Shown here: piece by piece, positions 27,941 to 40,659 of the stretch | How the letters are laid out: the number at the start of each line of letters is the position of its first letter | Numbering within the stretch: position 1 is the first letter of the stretch | Source: Lama guanicoe | Taxonomy: Eukaryota | Direction: 5' to 3' | Assembly (NCBI GenBank): GCA_013239625.1 | Contig: MU053472.1 | Span: 1,302,001 to 1,366,000 of the forward strand | Length of the DNA stretch: 64,000 nucleotides | Made by a program: the position numbers and the translations under genes | Notes under the pieces: generated by a model | The model's database searches: none | Told to the model about the DNA's origin: nothing | Seen by the model: only the letters and a program-made list of their open reading frames with translations

Positions 27941-28789
27941 CTAGGGTCAAATGGCGTCATAAGAGTTTTTCTCTTGTAAAAAGGGGCAAAGCAAAGGTGA
28001 AGGATTAAACTCTCACAGACATTCATAATCTTTAATCAAATGGCACAAAATTAGACATTCTGAAACTGGCCTAACATTTGTTCTATAAACTAGAGTTTCT
28101 AACAATATAAAGGATCAATTCCTTCAAAGTAGGCTTTCATTTTAAGTTGGTTTTTATGTATTTTAAGGGTTAACAAAAAGTATACAAAAAACTAGCTCTA
28201 AATAAGATAATGGAAAAAACTAATTTTAATGATTAAAGATTTATTCTTCTAAAAAGATTAAAGGACTTCAGAGAGCCACAATTTTGCACAGTACCACTAT
28301 AAGGCAGGAAAAAAGTTCCCAATTTTTGTGAGGCCAAAAGATTGATTTGGCTAAACAAAGACAGTGCTAACACTATAATTACTGATTGTGATCTCTGAAC
28401 AGTATTAGCCTCAAAAAAAGTAATGGCTCATAGAGGTTATGACAATGCTTATACAAACTGTTCCTGTGGCAGATTATGGTAGATATGGTTATGGTTGTAC
28501 CTGTGAATCCAAAGAATAGACTCTATTATTATAGTTTAAAATAATAATTTTCTACTTACTCTGAATTCTACCCATCACAATATAAAAAGCAAATAAGATC
28601 ATTAAAATTCCAACTCCAAGACCCCTCGTCAATCCAGAAAACACTCATTGCCAGATTTAAGAGTATTAATTACATCGCTTCTGAACATCTACAACTTCAT
28701 GTCACAGGGAATGACCTCAAAGTATCAGACTCCTTTTATTATCTCCCTTTAAAGCAAATATTAGAAAGAGAGCTCAACTAAAAAAGACT

Positions 28790-29380
28790 TAAATGAGATT
28801 CCAAAAAAGAAGATAGCCAAGGTGTTCATTAGGACATTAGAAAAGGTGTTCAATTTCCTTGGTTATCAAGGAAATGTAAATTTAAAGCATGATGAGATAC
28901 TACTACACAACTATTCAAATGACTAAAATTTAAAAACCTGAGAACATCAAATGTTGGCAAGGATATAGTGGAACTGAAAACTCTTACTCATTGCCAGTGG
29001 GAATATAATAAAACGGTTTATCTGCTTTGGGAAAAAGTTCAGCAGTTTCTTATTAAGTTAAACACACACCTACCCTACAACCTAGTAATTTCACTCCTAA
29101 GTATTTACTCAAGAGAAATAAAAACATAAGATCCCAAAAGACTTGTACAAAATGTTCACAGTAACTTCACTGATAATAGCCAAAAACTGGAAATGACCCA
29201 AATGTTCATGAACAAGTTAGCAAAGAATTATGATACATTAATAATATAGAATACTATTCAGCAACAAAGAGGCAAAAGCTACTGACAGACATAAGGACAT
29301 GGATGAAGCTCACAGACAGTATGAACAAAAGAAAGCTGATTTAAAAAAAGAGTAGATTCTGCTTACATGAAAAACGAATA
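28790..29380 (+). mobile_element. L1 3' fragment
   Basis: atgagatactactacac...aatgttggcaaggat...ccaaaaactggaaatgacccaaatgt. Confidence 0.8.
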
Positions 29381-29614
29381 AACCTATACCAAATGCATAG
29401 GAACAGTCCAACAAATACAAATATCTGATCTGACTTAGTGACAACTCCCCAGCTATTTACAAATGGACAAAAATTCCCAAAGATACTCTTATCCTTCTAG
29501 GTGAGTGTTATATATAAACACTGTGAGGCTGCATCTGAAATGGGCTGGCTGACCTAGCAGGGAAGAGTATTCTATATTTCAAATATTAACGTTTAGATAC
29601 ATTTTTAAATTTTT

Positions 29615-29768
29615 TAAAAATTTATCTATTGGTTTTGTTTGTTTGTTTGGGGGAGGAGGTAATTAGGTTTATTTATTTATTTACTTATTTTAACAGAAGT
29701 ACTGGGGATTGACCCCAGGACATTGTGCATGCTGGGCATGCACTCTACCACTGACCTATACCCTCCCC
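29615..29768 (-). mobile_element. tRNA-derived SINE (vic-1-like)
   Basis: Reverse complement of the same head (GGGGAGGGTATAGGTCAGTGGTAGAGTGCATGC...) with a T-rich tail on the left. Confidence 0.88.
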
Positions 29769-31121
29769 TATGCTTTTTCAATTTTATTGTGCTTCATTTA
29801 GTATCCCCACAATATTGTTTCTACTACTTTTCTATTGCAAATATACAGTATTTCAGCTACACAATGACTTAAATTTCTATATGCCACCACCCTATGAATC
29901 TGATCATCATTTATAATATTGTTTCTATGGAGAAATAAATTTTAAATTCCAAATAAAGTTGGGGGGGGTGCATAGCCTGTAAAAAATTTTTTTTTTAATT
30001 TAAGTATAGTTGGTTTACAATGTTGTGTTAACCAAAAAAATTTTTGGAACTCAACTTATAGTGTACTTTAAAACTAGCTTACTCTCTTTTAGATTAAAAA
30101 AATGTGTTTCAATAGCTCAGCTAATCTAATCTGTTTTTCTAACCTGATTTTTAAATCACCCAGTAGTGCAATCTAATTTTTATTAGTGAACATGTCTACC
30201 AAAATAACATTTTCACAAATCCCTTTAAGCATTCACAATATTTTGTTTTTTGACTCTAAACTAAAACAGAAATACAGCATTCTGAACATAAAGCCAAAAA
30301 TAACCATTCCTCCAAAGTTTTCGAAGTATCTGTTAGAGAGGAAAAGAATGGTAAAATATAAATGATTAACTAACATAAAAGTAGAAGTAATATAGAAAAA
30401 AATCTCAGAATAGAAAAAAAAATTTCTACAAATATGACAGGAAAACTGCAAACTAGTGATGAATAAATGTTGTCTGGCATGAGTAAATTGCAAAGATATA
30501 GATACATTAAACTAGTTGAAAAGAACAACTTCTGGACTAGATCTGAATAAGGAGAGCATATACAGACAATTAATGGCTACTTTAATATATAAAAATGTAT
30601 AGGAAGCAATCAGAAAAAAAATCAGGTACAGCTTGAATGTCACAACTGAGAAATAGTACTAGAAAAATATAAATCATGCAAAATTCAAAGGAGCAGAAAA
30701 CCAGGAAAGTAGGGTTTAATAAAGGTAATGTTACTCTGTACATCAAGAATATCGAAGACCACTCTGAAAACAGGAGCCCAAGCAAGAGTTTCTACATCTA
30801 AAAATCAGATTAAAAATGAAAGGAATTTTTAAAGAAGGAGTTTATTATAGATTGAATTGGGAGAAACTAGCCAAGACCAGAAAATTGATGATGAGGATGC
30901 TTCCCAAGGCTTCTGATTCTACCTCACAGGGCATCATCAGAAACTAAGAAAATATACATGGTTACAAGGCCAAGAAGGATGTCACCTACCAAGACTTGAA
31001 AATTTTTGTCTTAGACCAAAAAGATCTAAAATGTTCTAACATGTAATAAATAGATGAAATTTTTAAATGTAAACCTTAGAACGAGAAGTATAGATATAAA
31101 GGCTCGAGCTATTCCAAACTA

Positions 31122-31363
31122 TAGTTGACCCCTGAATAATGTGGGTTAGGAGTGCCAACCCTCTGTGAAAATTCATGTATAACTTAGAGTTGGTTCTCTG
31201 TATCCACGATTCTTCTAGATCCATGGTTCCTCTGTATCCTTAGTTCCACATTCTCATTCATCCAACAGCAATCATGTACTACTACATGAATTTACTACTG
31301 AAAAAAAATCTGCACAGAAGTGGACCTGCATAGTTCAAACCCATGTTGATTAAGGGTCAACTG
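31122..31363. mobile_element. Tigger-type MITE
   Basis: TIRs tagttgacccctgaa / ttaagggtcaactg; TA flanks. Confidence 0.82.
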
Positions 31364-31369
31364 TACTTA

Positions 31370-31760
31370 CCATTCATTCCCTAACTACATTATACTCACT
31401 GTCATCTTCTTTGCACTGTCCTCTGTCCACTAACTCCAATTACTTAAACTGGCCCAACATCTTTCAAGACTCGGTTTAATGTCACTCCTTTACCTTTTTT
31501 TGAATTATATTCTAAAGATTTCCATGCCCCATCACCTAAAGTTAAGTGCCCCTCATACAAAATGACCTTCCTTACCACTACTTACTCAATATTAAACTTT
31601 CAATGCTTCAACTTCCAAATAACGTAAGTTACATTGTATTGCTGACTTAATTATATACCTCCCCTCTGCTCTCTGGGAACAAAGAAATGGTCTTATTAAT
31701 CAGTATCCCAACACCTATCAAAGAACCTTAAATATTACTAATGTTCAGTCAATTTTTGGA
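31370..31760 (+). mobile_element. L2 3' fragment
   Basis: catctttcaagactcggtttaatgtcactcc and 3'-end-like motifs. Confidence 0.5.
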
Positions 31761-32309
31761 TAAAGATTAGATTTTTTTTAAATGATCAAATGAATGTCCT
31801 GTCAATTCTACTATTCCCAGTCTTTCACTTTTTACTGAACCACAGCACCTGAAAGTAAGGGCTCAATAAAAATGTTTTTTCATTAGCTTGCACCTGATGT
31901 TTATCATCACTACATATATCTCCCTCCTCACATCCTTCCTTAGCCTAAGATCCAATATGGAATCAGGTTCCAGTGAAACCCAGGTGGGAAATACAGTATG
32001 ATAATTCCAAAAGTGCTGTGGAATAGGTATCATTCAGACATTTACCTGCCCAAAGGCAGAAAATTAAATGACTCAAAATCTCTTACATTTGATAAATGCA
32101 TCTTTTTCCTTAACACTAAAATAGGTACTTTTACTCAAAAATTACGTATTTAAACACTTACGTGGTATGTTTTTGCTTCAAAAGACAAAAAGTTACAAAT
32201 CTTAGAAGCAAAATAATCACACAATATCAAACAAGGCAGATAAGATACAAACTGGATAACAGTCTTGTTTCGAAGCTCCTCCAAATTAACATTAAAAAAA
32301 TTTTTTTAT

Positions 32310-32530
32310 CTAACATTTACTCCATGTCAGACACTATTCTAGGTTTTTACGAATATTATTTCATATAATCCTTGTAACTTTCCTACGGAGTAGATAAAGT
32401 TATTACTCTCATTTTACAGATGAGGAATCTGAAGCACAAAAGTCAAGGTCACACAGTTGAGTGGCAGAGGCAGGATTTGTACCCAAGGAGTCAGTTTCCA
32501 GAGTTCACACTCTTAATCTCTATGTTACGC
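32310..32530 (-). mobile_element. MIR
   Basis: Core cattttacagatgaggaatctgaagcaca...caaggtcacacag. Confidence 0.8.
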
Positions 32531-33399
32531 TTTTAAAAGGAAATCTGAACGATGAGGCTGTGGTGATGTTAGTGTACTTCACCACTGATTGTAGCATTAT
32601 ACACTAGTCAAATCCTTTTGTAAAGTAATACGGCAATACTTAAGATAAGCAGGATATGTTCATATCCTTTGGTCATATGGTTCATTCCTTGGAATTTCAC
32701 TTAAAGAAATAATTTAAGAGTATTATTAAAGATGATTTTTTAAAAAAGATTTCATAGAAACATGAAAACATGTTTGTAATGTAATAAATTAACAACCAAA
32801 GAGTATTAAAAGTATACAAAATACATACATCAATGAATGTCTAAAGACAACACCATTACCAAATCCTACTCACTTCTTCCCACTGCTCTTGATCCCTTAT
32901 CCTTCCCAAGAGATAATCAATGTCTGTCTCCTTTCAGACCTTTTTTCATGCTTTTATAAGACGTACCTGCAGAAGCTCATAGTGGTATCAAATAATATAT
33001 ACCACAATGCACCTTACTCTTATCCCATACTAATCTAGCTCATTCCTTTATGTGTTGCATAGTATTAAATATTCCATATGTAACAATACTATAGATCATT
33101 GACACATTCACTTATTGTTGGACATTTAGCCTTTTTCTCATTTTTTCCTTCATATAACACTTGCCATGAAAAACTATGTACATGCCTCCTTAGGGGGAGG
33201 AAAAAAAAAATATATATATATATAAAATCTTTCTCTAGTAAGTAGTAGGTCATTCACAGTTTTTTGTTTAATAATTATCACCTAACTTCCTTCCAAGGGG
33301 CTCTACCAATTTATATTCCTACAGTTGTGCTTTTCCTAGCCTTTTTTTTCACTATTGTTTATACAGCCTCCATAATTCCAAAAACAAAAATTTCTAAAA

Positions 33400-33890
33400 G
33401 AATCTATTCTGTATGGTCCATCTACGGGTAGCTGTTCAAATAATGGAGAAAATAAATCTCCACTTCTCTTGATATTGAGAAGGTATAAATCCAGCTCCCT
33501 GCTATTATGTCCTAGCTTCATCCCTGAGTACATCATCTGTAATTCAAAGTAGAAAACAGTGTGGCAATGTATATACCACTTGGCCTTAGCACTCAGATAT
33601 ATAATGTTGACGGTATTGCTATGTGTGAGTGTGTGGAAACTAAAAGTGCATGCAGTCATCTCTTCTACCATGCCCATACAAAGTTGTTCCTGGCTCTACC
33701 ACAACACACATGGTTAATGCATGCTGTAGAATGTGGCTTCATATCTTCACTTCACAGACTGTCAGTGTCTGTAATCAAAAGGAACCACCCTATCTTTGCA
33801 GAGCATCAGGTTGGACCATCTGCCACTACTTCTATTCTCTAGCATCCCTGAGCTGTGCTGCCCTGCATAAAAATTTGCAGTAGTTTAAGA
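33400..33890 (-). pseudogene. Degenerate Tudor-like relic
   Basis: SGMLENRSSGRWSNLMLCKDRVVPFDYRH*QSVK, then frameshift to SEDMKP; followed by a 113-codon open frame (33677-33336). Confidence 0.5.
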
Positions 33891-34199
33891 GAAAATTCTT
33901 CCTACCTCCTATTAGTTCTATTAACAAGCATTAAAAATGTGAATAAAAATAATATAGAAAGGAATACGTGTGTTGGATAGCTAAGCTACTTTGTCAATGA
34001 ATGAACCAGTAATAACTTATCAGCTTAGAGTACAAACAGAGAAATATGCAAGTTGTATACATTTTCTTCTATTAAGAATGACGGTCTACCAAGAATGACT
34101 TTCTGAAACATGTCAAATATGCCACTTTACAGTTAGCAACTTCAAATAATTTCTGGAGATGAATGTGTCTTTGAAAACTGCCCATCAGAACATAAATCA

Positions 34200-34600
34200 A
34201 AAAGACACCACTTAGTTTATAGTCACAGGAAATCTGTTGTATACTTGAACGCTGCAGGAGGGTCTTAAAAATATCACAGGAATAATGCCTTTAAGTATTC
34301 ATTAGCTTTTTTTATTCTTCATAATATAACAAAATGACTATTTAACATATGTTGATGACAAGTTTTCTAGTTCATTCACTTGCTTCCAGCAGTTTCTCAA
34401 ATCAAACACACAATTTATCATTCTCCTGGTTCATAAACTTCGGAGCTATCAGCAACATGGCACTCATCAGTTCAACTACATTAAAATATATGTCTCCAAG
34501 TACCCTCCTTTCCCCCAGAGGGGGAAAAAACTTAAGTCAAAAGACATGTAGTAGTCCAAATTCCTCTGCAAATCTAACCAGAATGTAATGACAGGTTGTC
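34200..34600 (-). pseudogene. Degenerate extended-Tudor-like relic
   Basis: YILVRF... KLCV*FEKLLEASE*TRKLVINIC*IVILLYYEE, then frameshift to YLKALFL*YF*DPPAAFKYTTDFL*L*TKW. Confidence 0.55.
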
Positions 34601-34820
34601 ATCAGAGTCTTTAACTTAAAAGAAAAAATTAATAATAAATGTTGTATCTAATCTAGCATTTTACTCTTTAAAAAGCATTTTCATAGACACTCTCTTAAGA
34701 GATTCTTACAATAGTCTCATGAGATAAGGATAACCTATAACTCTGTGCTGGTTCTTTTGTCTTGAAGAGAGGAGAGAGAGAGAAAGGGACTGAAGGTAAG
34801 AAAGGAGGGGAGGGAGGGAG

Positions 34821-35014
34821 GGAAGGCCAGCCCACATACAAGTACATAAATTTTCCGGTCCCTAAGAGAACCAATGATTTTTTTCACCACCATCCCCCTA
34901 AATCTGCTAAATAAGTCGGAAGGCCAGCCCACACACAAGTACATAAATTTTCCGGTCCCTAAGAGAACCAATGATTTTTTTCACCACCATCCCCCTAAAT
35001 CTGCTAAATAAGTC
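34821..35014. repeat. 97-bp tandem duplication (2 copies, 1 mismatch)
   Basis: 34821-34917 and 34918-35014 are identical except cataca/cacaca. Confidence 0.95.
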
Positions 35015-35559
35015 AATCACATTTAATATCCATGAATTTAAAATCATTTATTACTTCCATTCTATTTTCCTTTAAGAGTAGTCTTTTACAACATAATGTA
35101 TCCTAAATCTCCCCTTTCCAGAAGCTTTATTATTCACTAAGATGTCTGCAAAGAAAACAAAGCCCAATCCTCCAATGAGATTCATCTTCCAAGTAACACT
35201 CAAATTTTATACTTTAGGCTTCCATTTATAAAGAAAGCCACAAATAACAACATAGGTGTACGTCTTTATCAAATGACTACAAAATTAAAAGTCAGACATT
35301 CTACATTCTACCACTAATACTAGCTAAACCCATAATATTCACTGAAAGTTATTTTCTTGTATCTTTCAATTAAGAAATCATGAAAAATTCCCTACAGTTC
35401 TGAGTATTCATCCATCCGTGTCACTAAGATCCTTGCTGAAAGGCACTATAAAAAAGCAACAAAAAAAACCTTAGAACAAATTCACAACACTGTAAACCAG
35501 CTATACTTCAAATAAAAAAGAACAAAATAATGAAATTGGGAAATAAAAAAAACAATTTA

Positions 35560-35851
35560 TTAGTCAGAAGAAAACATATTAGTGAAATGTTCTCCTACTT
35601 CCCATACAGAGTGGAAATAACTTTTTTTAACATCCTTCCTGGCAAACTGGTGAAAAAGAACATATATAGTCTCTCTAGTCTCAGTACTGTTGTCATTTAG
35701 GAAGAAATACTGTTGACAATAAACTGATGCCTTGGCAACCACTACACCTAACAAGTGACAGGAAAAAATGTCACTTTCAGTACTGTTGATGGTAACAAAA
35801 TGTAACATCTGACAAAATTTCATGTTATCCCTTCTGATACCAAAAGCAATT
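35560..35851 (-). pseudogene. Possible Tudor-like relic exon
   Basis: After TTTTTTCAG, an open frame IAFGIRRDNMKFCQML...LGVVVAK...IYVLFHQFA; weaker motif match. Confidence 0.35.
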
Positions 35852-37123
35852 CTGAAAAAATTATATAAATGGACGAGTCAGGTGTAGACAATTCAGAATT
35901 CTTTAAAGAAATCCACACATTTACAATGTCAAACTGAGCTCCTTTTTATATTTTCCCAACAGTTGTTTACCCATGCTTTATGATAAGAAGGTGCACACCA
36001 ACCTGGTAATGACAAATGTTTTAATCTGAAATTTTAAAATCAAAGTTCTAATAAAATCTAACAACTTCAAATTTTGTAGAAAGGATTCATGTACCACAGA
36101 TACTTAATTTTCATGAGTATTTTAAATATTGTCCCTTACTAGTTCTCTGACCTCAGACTTCCTAATAGCAATGATATATACTCTTCCTATCCTAAACTCT
36201 CAATCACAACTTGCAGACAAGTACTAATATAAAACTATTGACATAAATAGCGGAATACTAACAGTTTACCCACAAGTATGGGGCGGGGGGGTCATTACTG
36301 TTCTATTAAACATTCAGGTGGAGTAGTAACAGCACTACCAGTTTATGGCTTAAGAAAACTGAAAAGAAAGTTACTTCAGTAAGTTAAAGTTACTTTTGTT
36401 TAAATGAAGAAAATGTTTATTTTTTTCCAGTTTTCCTTGTCAACTAAGCTTTAACTATTCAGTTTTATAAATGAGTTTATTTCTTTTAAAATGACTGCAT
36501 TTTAGTTAGTTGAATTTAACTTGCAAGACAATTAATCTGTAACTAAAGAATTACCTTCCCTGTAATCATTCACTCAATATTTCCCCAAGTAATTCCTGTC
36601 CTAGTTATACACAAAAATTTTATTACTTTTTTCATTACTCTACACTGTGACTTAATGGTACTGGTTATTAAGATGTCACGAAATAAAGTAATTACTAAAA
36701 GGATTCATTCAGAGAAGGCATTTTTACAAATATAATTTTATTAAAATATCAAAAATAATGCCACAGAATAAATATAAGAGAGAAAAACTAGAACAAAACT
36801 ACCAAAAAGAGAACCCAAACTTCTGCAAAGGGTATAGGCTTCAAAATGACATGAGATTAATTCATATAGTAATAATAATAGTTTTAGTACTCTGACATTT
36901 AAAACTGAAATGAATAGTGCATTGTACTTCTAGGAAAAATATGATTTAGTTAGATTTGGTAAGGGTCTGCTATTGATTCTCAACTTCTATAATTCTAAAA
37001 ATATTCTAATTTAAGTCTATTGTTGAAAATTGTGGTGTTGCTTCTCTCCTAGAAACAGAAACACACTGCTATTATTAAAGCGGTTAAGAATCCTGAGCCC
37101 ACTTTTTAAAAGAAACCCATGTA

Positions 37124-38667
37124 AAGTGCAAATCAAAAACCACAACGAGGAATCACCTCACACCAGTCAGAATGGCCATCATTCAAAAGTCCACAAACAA
37201 TAAATGCTGGAGAAGGTGTGGAGAAAAGGGACCCCTCCTACACTGTTGGTGGGAATGTAGTTTGGTGCAATCGTTATGGAAAACAGCATGGAGATTCCTC
37301 AAAAAACTAAAAACAGACTTACCATATGATCCAGCAATCCCACTCCTGGGCATATAACCAGAGGGAACCTCAATTCAAAAAGACACATGCATCCCAGTGT
37401 TCATAGCAGCTCTATTTACAATAGCCAAGACATGAAAACAACCTAAATGTCCATTGACAGATTGACTGGATAAAGAAGTTGTGGTATATTTATACAATAG
37501 AATACCACTCAGCCATAAAAAAATAATAAAATAATGTCATTTGCAGCAACATGGATGAACCTGGAGAATGTCATTCTAAGTGAAGTAAGCCAGAAAGAGA
37601 AAGAAAAATACCACATGATATCACTTACAAGTGGAATCCAATTTAAAAAAAAAGGCAAACTTATTTACAAAACAGAAACAGACTCACAGACATAGAACAC
37701 AAATTTATGGTTACTGGGGGAGAAGGGGGTGGGAAGGGACAAACTGGGAGTTTGAGATTTGCAGATACTAACTAATATATATATAAAATGATAAATAAGT
37801 TTATATTGTATAACACAGGGAACCATATTCAATATCTTGTAGTAACTTACGGTGAAAAAGAATATGACAACGAATATATGTATAGTCCTATATGACTGAA
37901 GTACTGTGCTGTACAGCAGAAATTGACACAACATTGTAAACTGACTGTACTTCAATAAAAATATATTAAAACTTAAAAAAAAAAACCTACAATGAGATCA
38001 CCTCATGCCTGTCAAAATGGCTATCATCAAAAAGAACACAAATAACAAGTGCTGTTGAGAATATGGAAAAAGGGAACTCTCCTATATTGTTAATGGGAGT
38101 GTAAATTGGTGCAGCCACTGTGGAAAACAGTAAGGAGATTTCTCAAAAAACTAAAAATAGAAACACCATATGACAAAACGATTCCACTCCTGGGTATATA
38201 TCTGAAAAAAACAAAAACACTAATTCAAAAAGATACATGCACTCCAACATTCACAGCAATTATATATAATTGCCAAAGTATGGAAGCAACCTAAGCATCC
38301 ATCAACAGATGAACGGATAAAGAAGATGTGGTATACATACACATACACACACACATACATACACACACACATATACATACACAATGGAATACTACTCAGC
38401 CATAAAAAAGAATGAAACTGCCATCTGCAGCAACATGGATGGACTTGGAAGGCATTATGCTAAGTGAAAAATGTCAAAGACAAACACTGTATGATATTTC
38501 TTATATGTGAAATCTAAAAAATACAACAAACTGGTGAATAAAATAAAAAAGAAGCAAACTTAGATATAGAGATATATAGTTGTTACCAATGGGGAGAAGG
38601 AAGAAAGGAGGGGCAATATAGGGGTAGAATTAAAAAATAAAAATAAATTAAAATTAAAATTAAAATT
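37124..38667 (+). mobile_element. Two head-to-tail L1 3' ends (inner ~37150-37980, outer resuming at 37981)
   Basis: Both translate to the ORF2 C-terminal Cys-rich region ([35 protein letters not shown]). Outer TSD aaagaaacccatgta / aaagaaatctatata. Confidence 0.9.
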
Positions 38668-40104
38668 AAAGAAATCTATATACCTCAAAGAATCATATAA
38701 GCTAAAATACAATAAACAAATCAACAAATAAATAAAAAGAAAATGCAAGTAAAAATTCCACCTAACCAAGTTCATCCTGTTTCATAAAACACAATTTCAT
38801 CCTTCCTGCTGCAAGAAAAATACAGTATTTAGAGACAATGAAGCATTTCATGGTACAGGATAGTGTTCTACTTGCTGTTTATTTATTTTAATGTAAAACT
38901 TTTAAAAACTTGTGAGTTATATAAGCATTAGATTGCTTTTCATTCCTTTATATAGGGGATTTTTTTTTGTTTTTACTTTATAGAAATCAAGTTCTATTCT
39001 TCACAGTTAACAAGAAATCCTGATATAAAGACTTAAAAGAGCTTTGCTGCTAGACGAAAACCTTTCACCAAAAAGCACTGATTCAAAAGAAATAAGGCTA
39101 CTAGTTGTACGGCCATTATAAGGACTAAAAAAAAAAGCTAAAGAGAAGATACATTTTAAACTGAGGTCTTAGTTAAAAAACAAAAATAAAACAAAACAAA
39201 CAGTTAAAACCAAGAATTGAATCTGGCCATCAAAAAAATAAACATAGGTCTAGAAGTTTATTTTCCCTATTGTATACAATAAGGACTTCATAGTTGTTAG
39301 CAATTTCCTGACAACCATACATGGTTTTATAAGCAACCTCAAGATGGCAACATTCTGAAGTTTTATTACATAAAAACAACAGTGTACAAACACTTCCAAA
39401 ACAACCAAAGCAGAACAAAATAATTTAAAATAAGGAAGTCTAGATTACATATGATGCAATCCAAGTCTCTGAGAGAATATGCAAGTTTCTGATGCAAGAC
39501 TATACGGAGGAATAATTAGAACAGAATACATGAGGCAAAATAGGAGTTATTACACATACTCCTTTTTTAAATATTTTAAAGAAATAAGAACAGAAATGAT
39601 TCCCTGGCTGATAGTGGGTTAGCTGCTTAGCAGCTTTAAAACAAAACAAAACAAAAAACACATACATTTAGATCCTAATTTTTACCACCCTCTAAAGTAA
39701 ATTTCAGGTGAATTTTTTAAGTTCAATGCTAAAAATACAATCATAAATTGGAGTCAATTATTTTTCAGGCATCTGTTAGAGTAAAAACATGAAACTTCCA
39801 AAGTGATACAAAACACTGTTGGCAGATTTGACTATGTGCAAATTTTAAACTCATGCACGTTAAAAACAATAGCAAAAAAAAAAATCAATAAAATGGTAAA
39901 CCAACTGGAGAAAATATTTGTAGCAAATCTGTCAGATGGTTAACATCTAAGGCATTTATTATAAAAAGCTCTACAAATTGATTTTTAAAAGTTTTAAAAA
40001 ACTAAAAATGTTGATAACAAAAGACAAAAAGATAATAAAAAATTCAACTAACAAAAATGTCGAGAACTGTTCTACCTTGACAATTAATCCAAAAAATACA
40101 AATT

Positions 40105-40250
40105 GGGGGAGGGTGTGGCTCAGTGGTAGAGTACATGCTTGGCATGCAAGAGGTCCTGGGTTCAATCCTCAGTACCTACAATAAGAAATAAATAAGTTTA
40201 ATTACCTCCCCCCCAAAAGAAAACAAAATTAAACAAAAAATAGACAAAAA
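40105..40250 (+). mobile_element. tRNA-derived SINE (vic-1-like)
   Basis: GGGGGAGGGTGTGGCTCAGTGGTAGAG...GGTTCAATCC, A-rich tail; TSD-like aatccaaaa[a/t]atac on both sides. Confidence 0.9.
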
Positions 40251-40659
40251 AATCCAAAATATACGAAACAAGATGCCATTTTAGACTAGTCAATAAACAA
40301 ATGATTTTTTGGCAAATTACAATACCAAATTCTCATAGGTGTTTAATAAAATCAACACTCATATATCACTTTCAGAAAATGATTTCCATCAAAAGATGTT
40401 ACATTTCTGGAAACCTATTCTAAGGAAATAATCCAAAAATGGGGGAATCTTAAATAAATGAAGATGTTCACTTCAGCATAATGTAATAAGTGAAAAACTA
40501 GAAGAAACTTCAAAAAATCTAGTAATAAGACAACAGTAAATTATGGACAATCCAGGCAGTAGAATATTAAGCAACCAAGAAAAATTATAATTATGAAATA
40601 TAATAATTCGAAAAAAATAAGACATGATATACTATGTGACAAAAAATACAGAGTTCTGA

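Noticed and set aside
33450..33540. MAGUK SH3-like snippet (DD..EAR..AGFIPSQ)
   Set aside because: Short, needs read-through of two stops, and has no supporting PDZ/GK remnants; the Tudor reading explains the region better.
37172..38294. Short ORFs as genes (also 2015-2203, 12710-12924, 46138-46878)
   Set aside because: Fragments of L1 ORF2/3'UTR.
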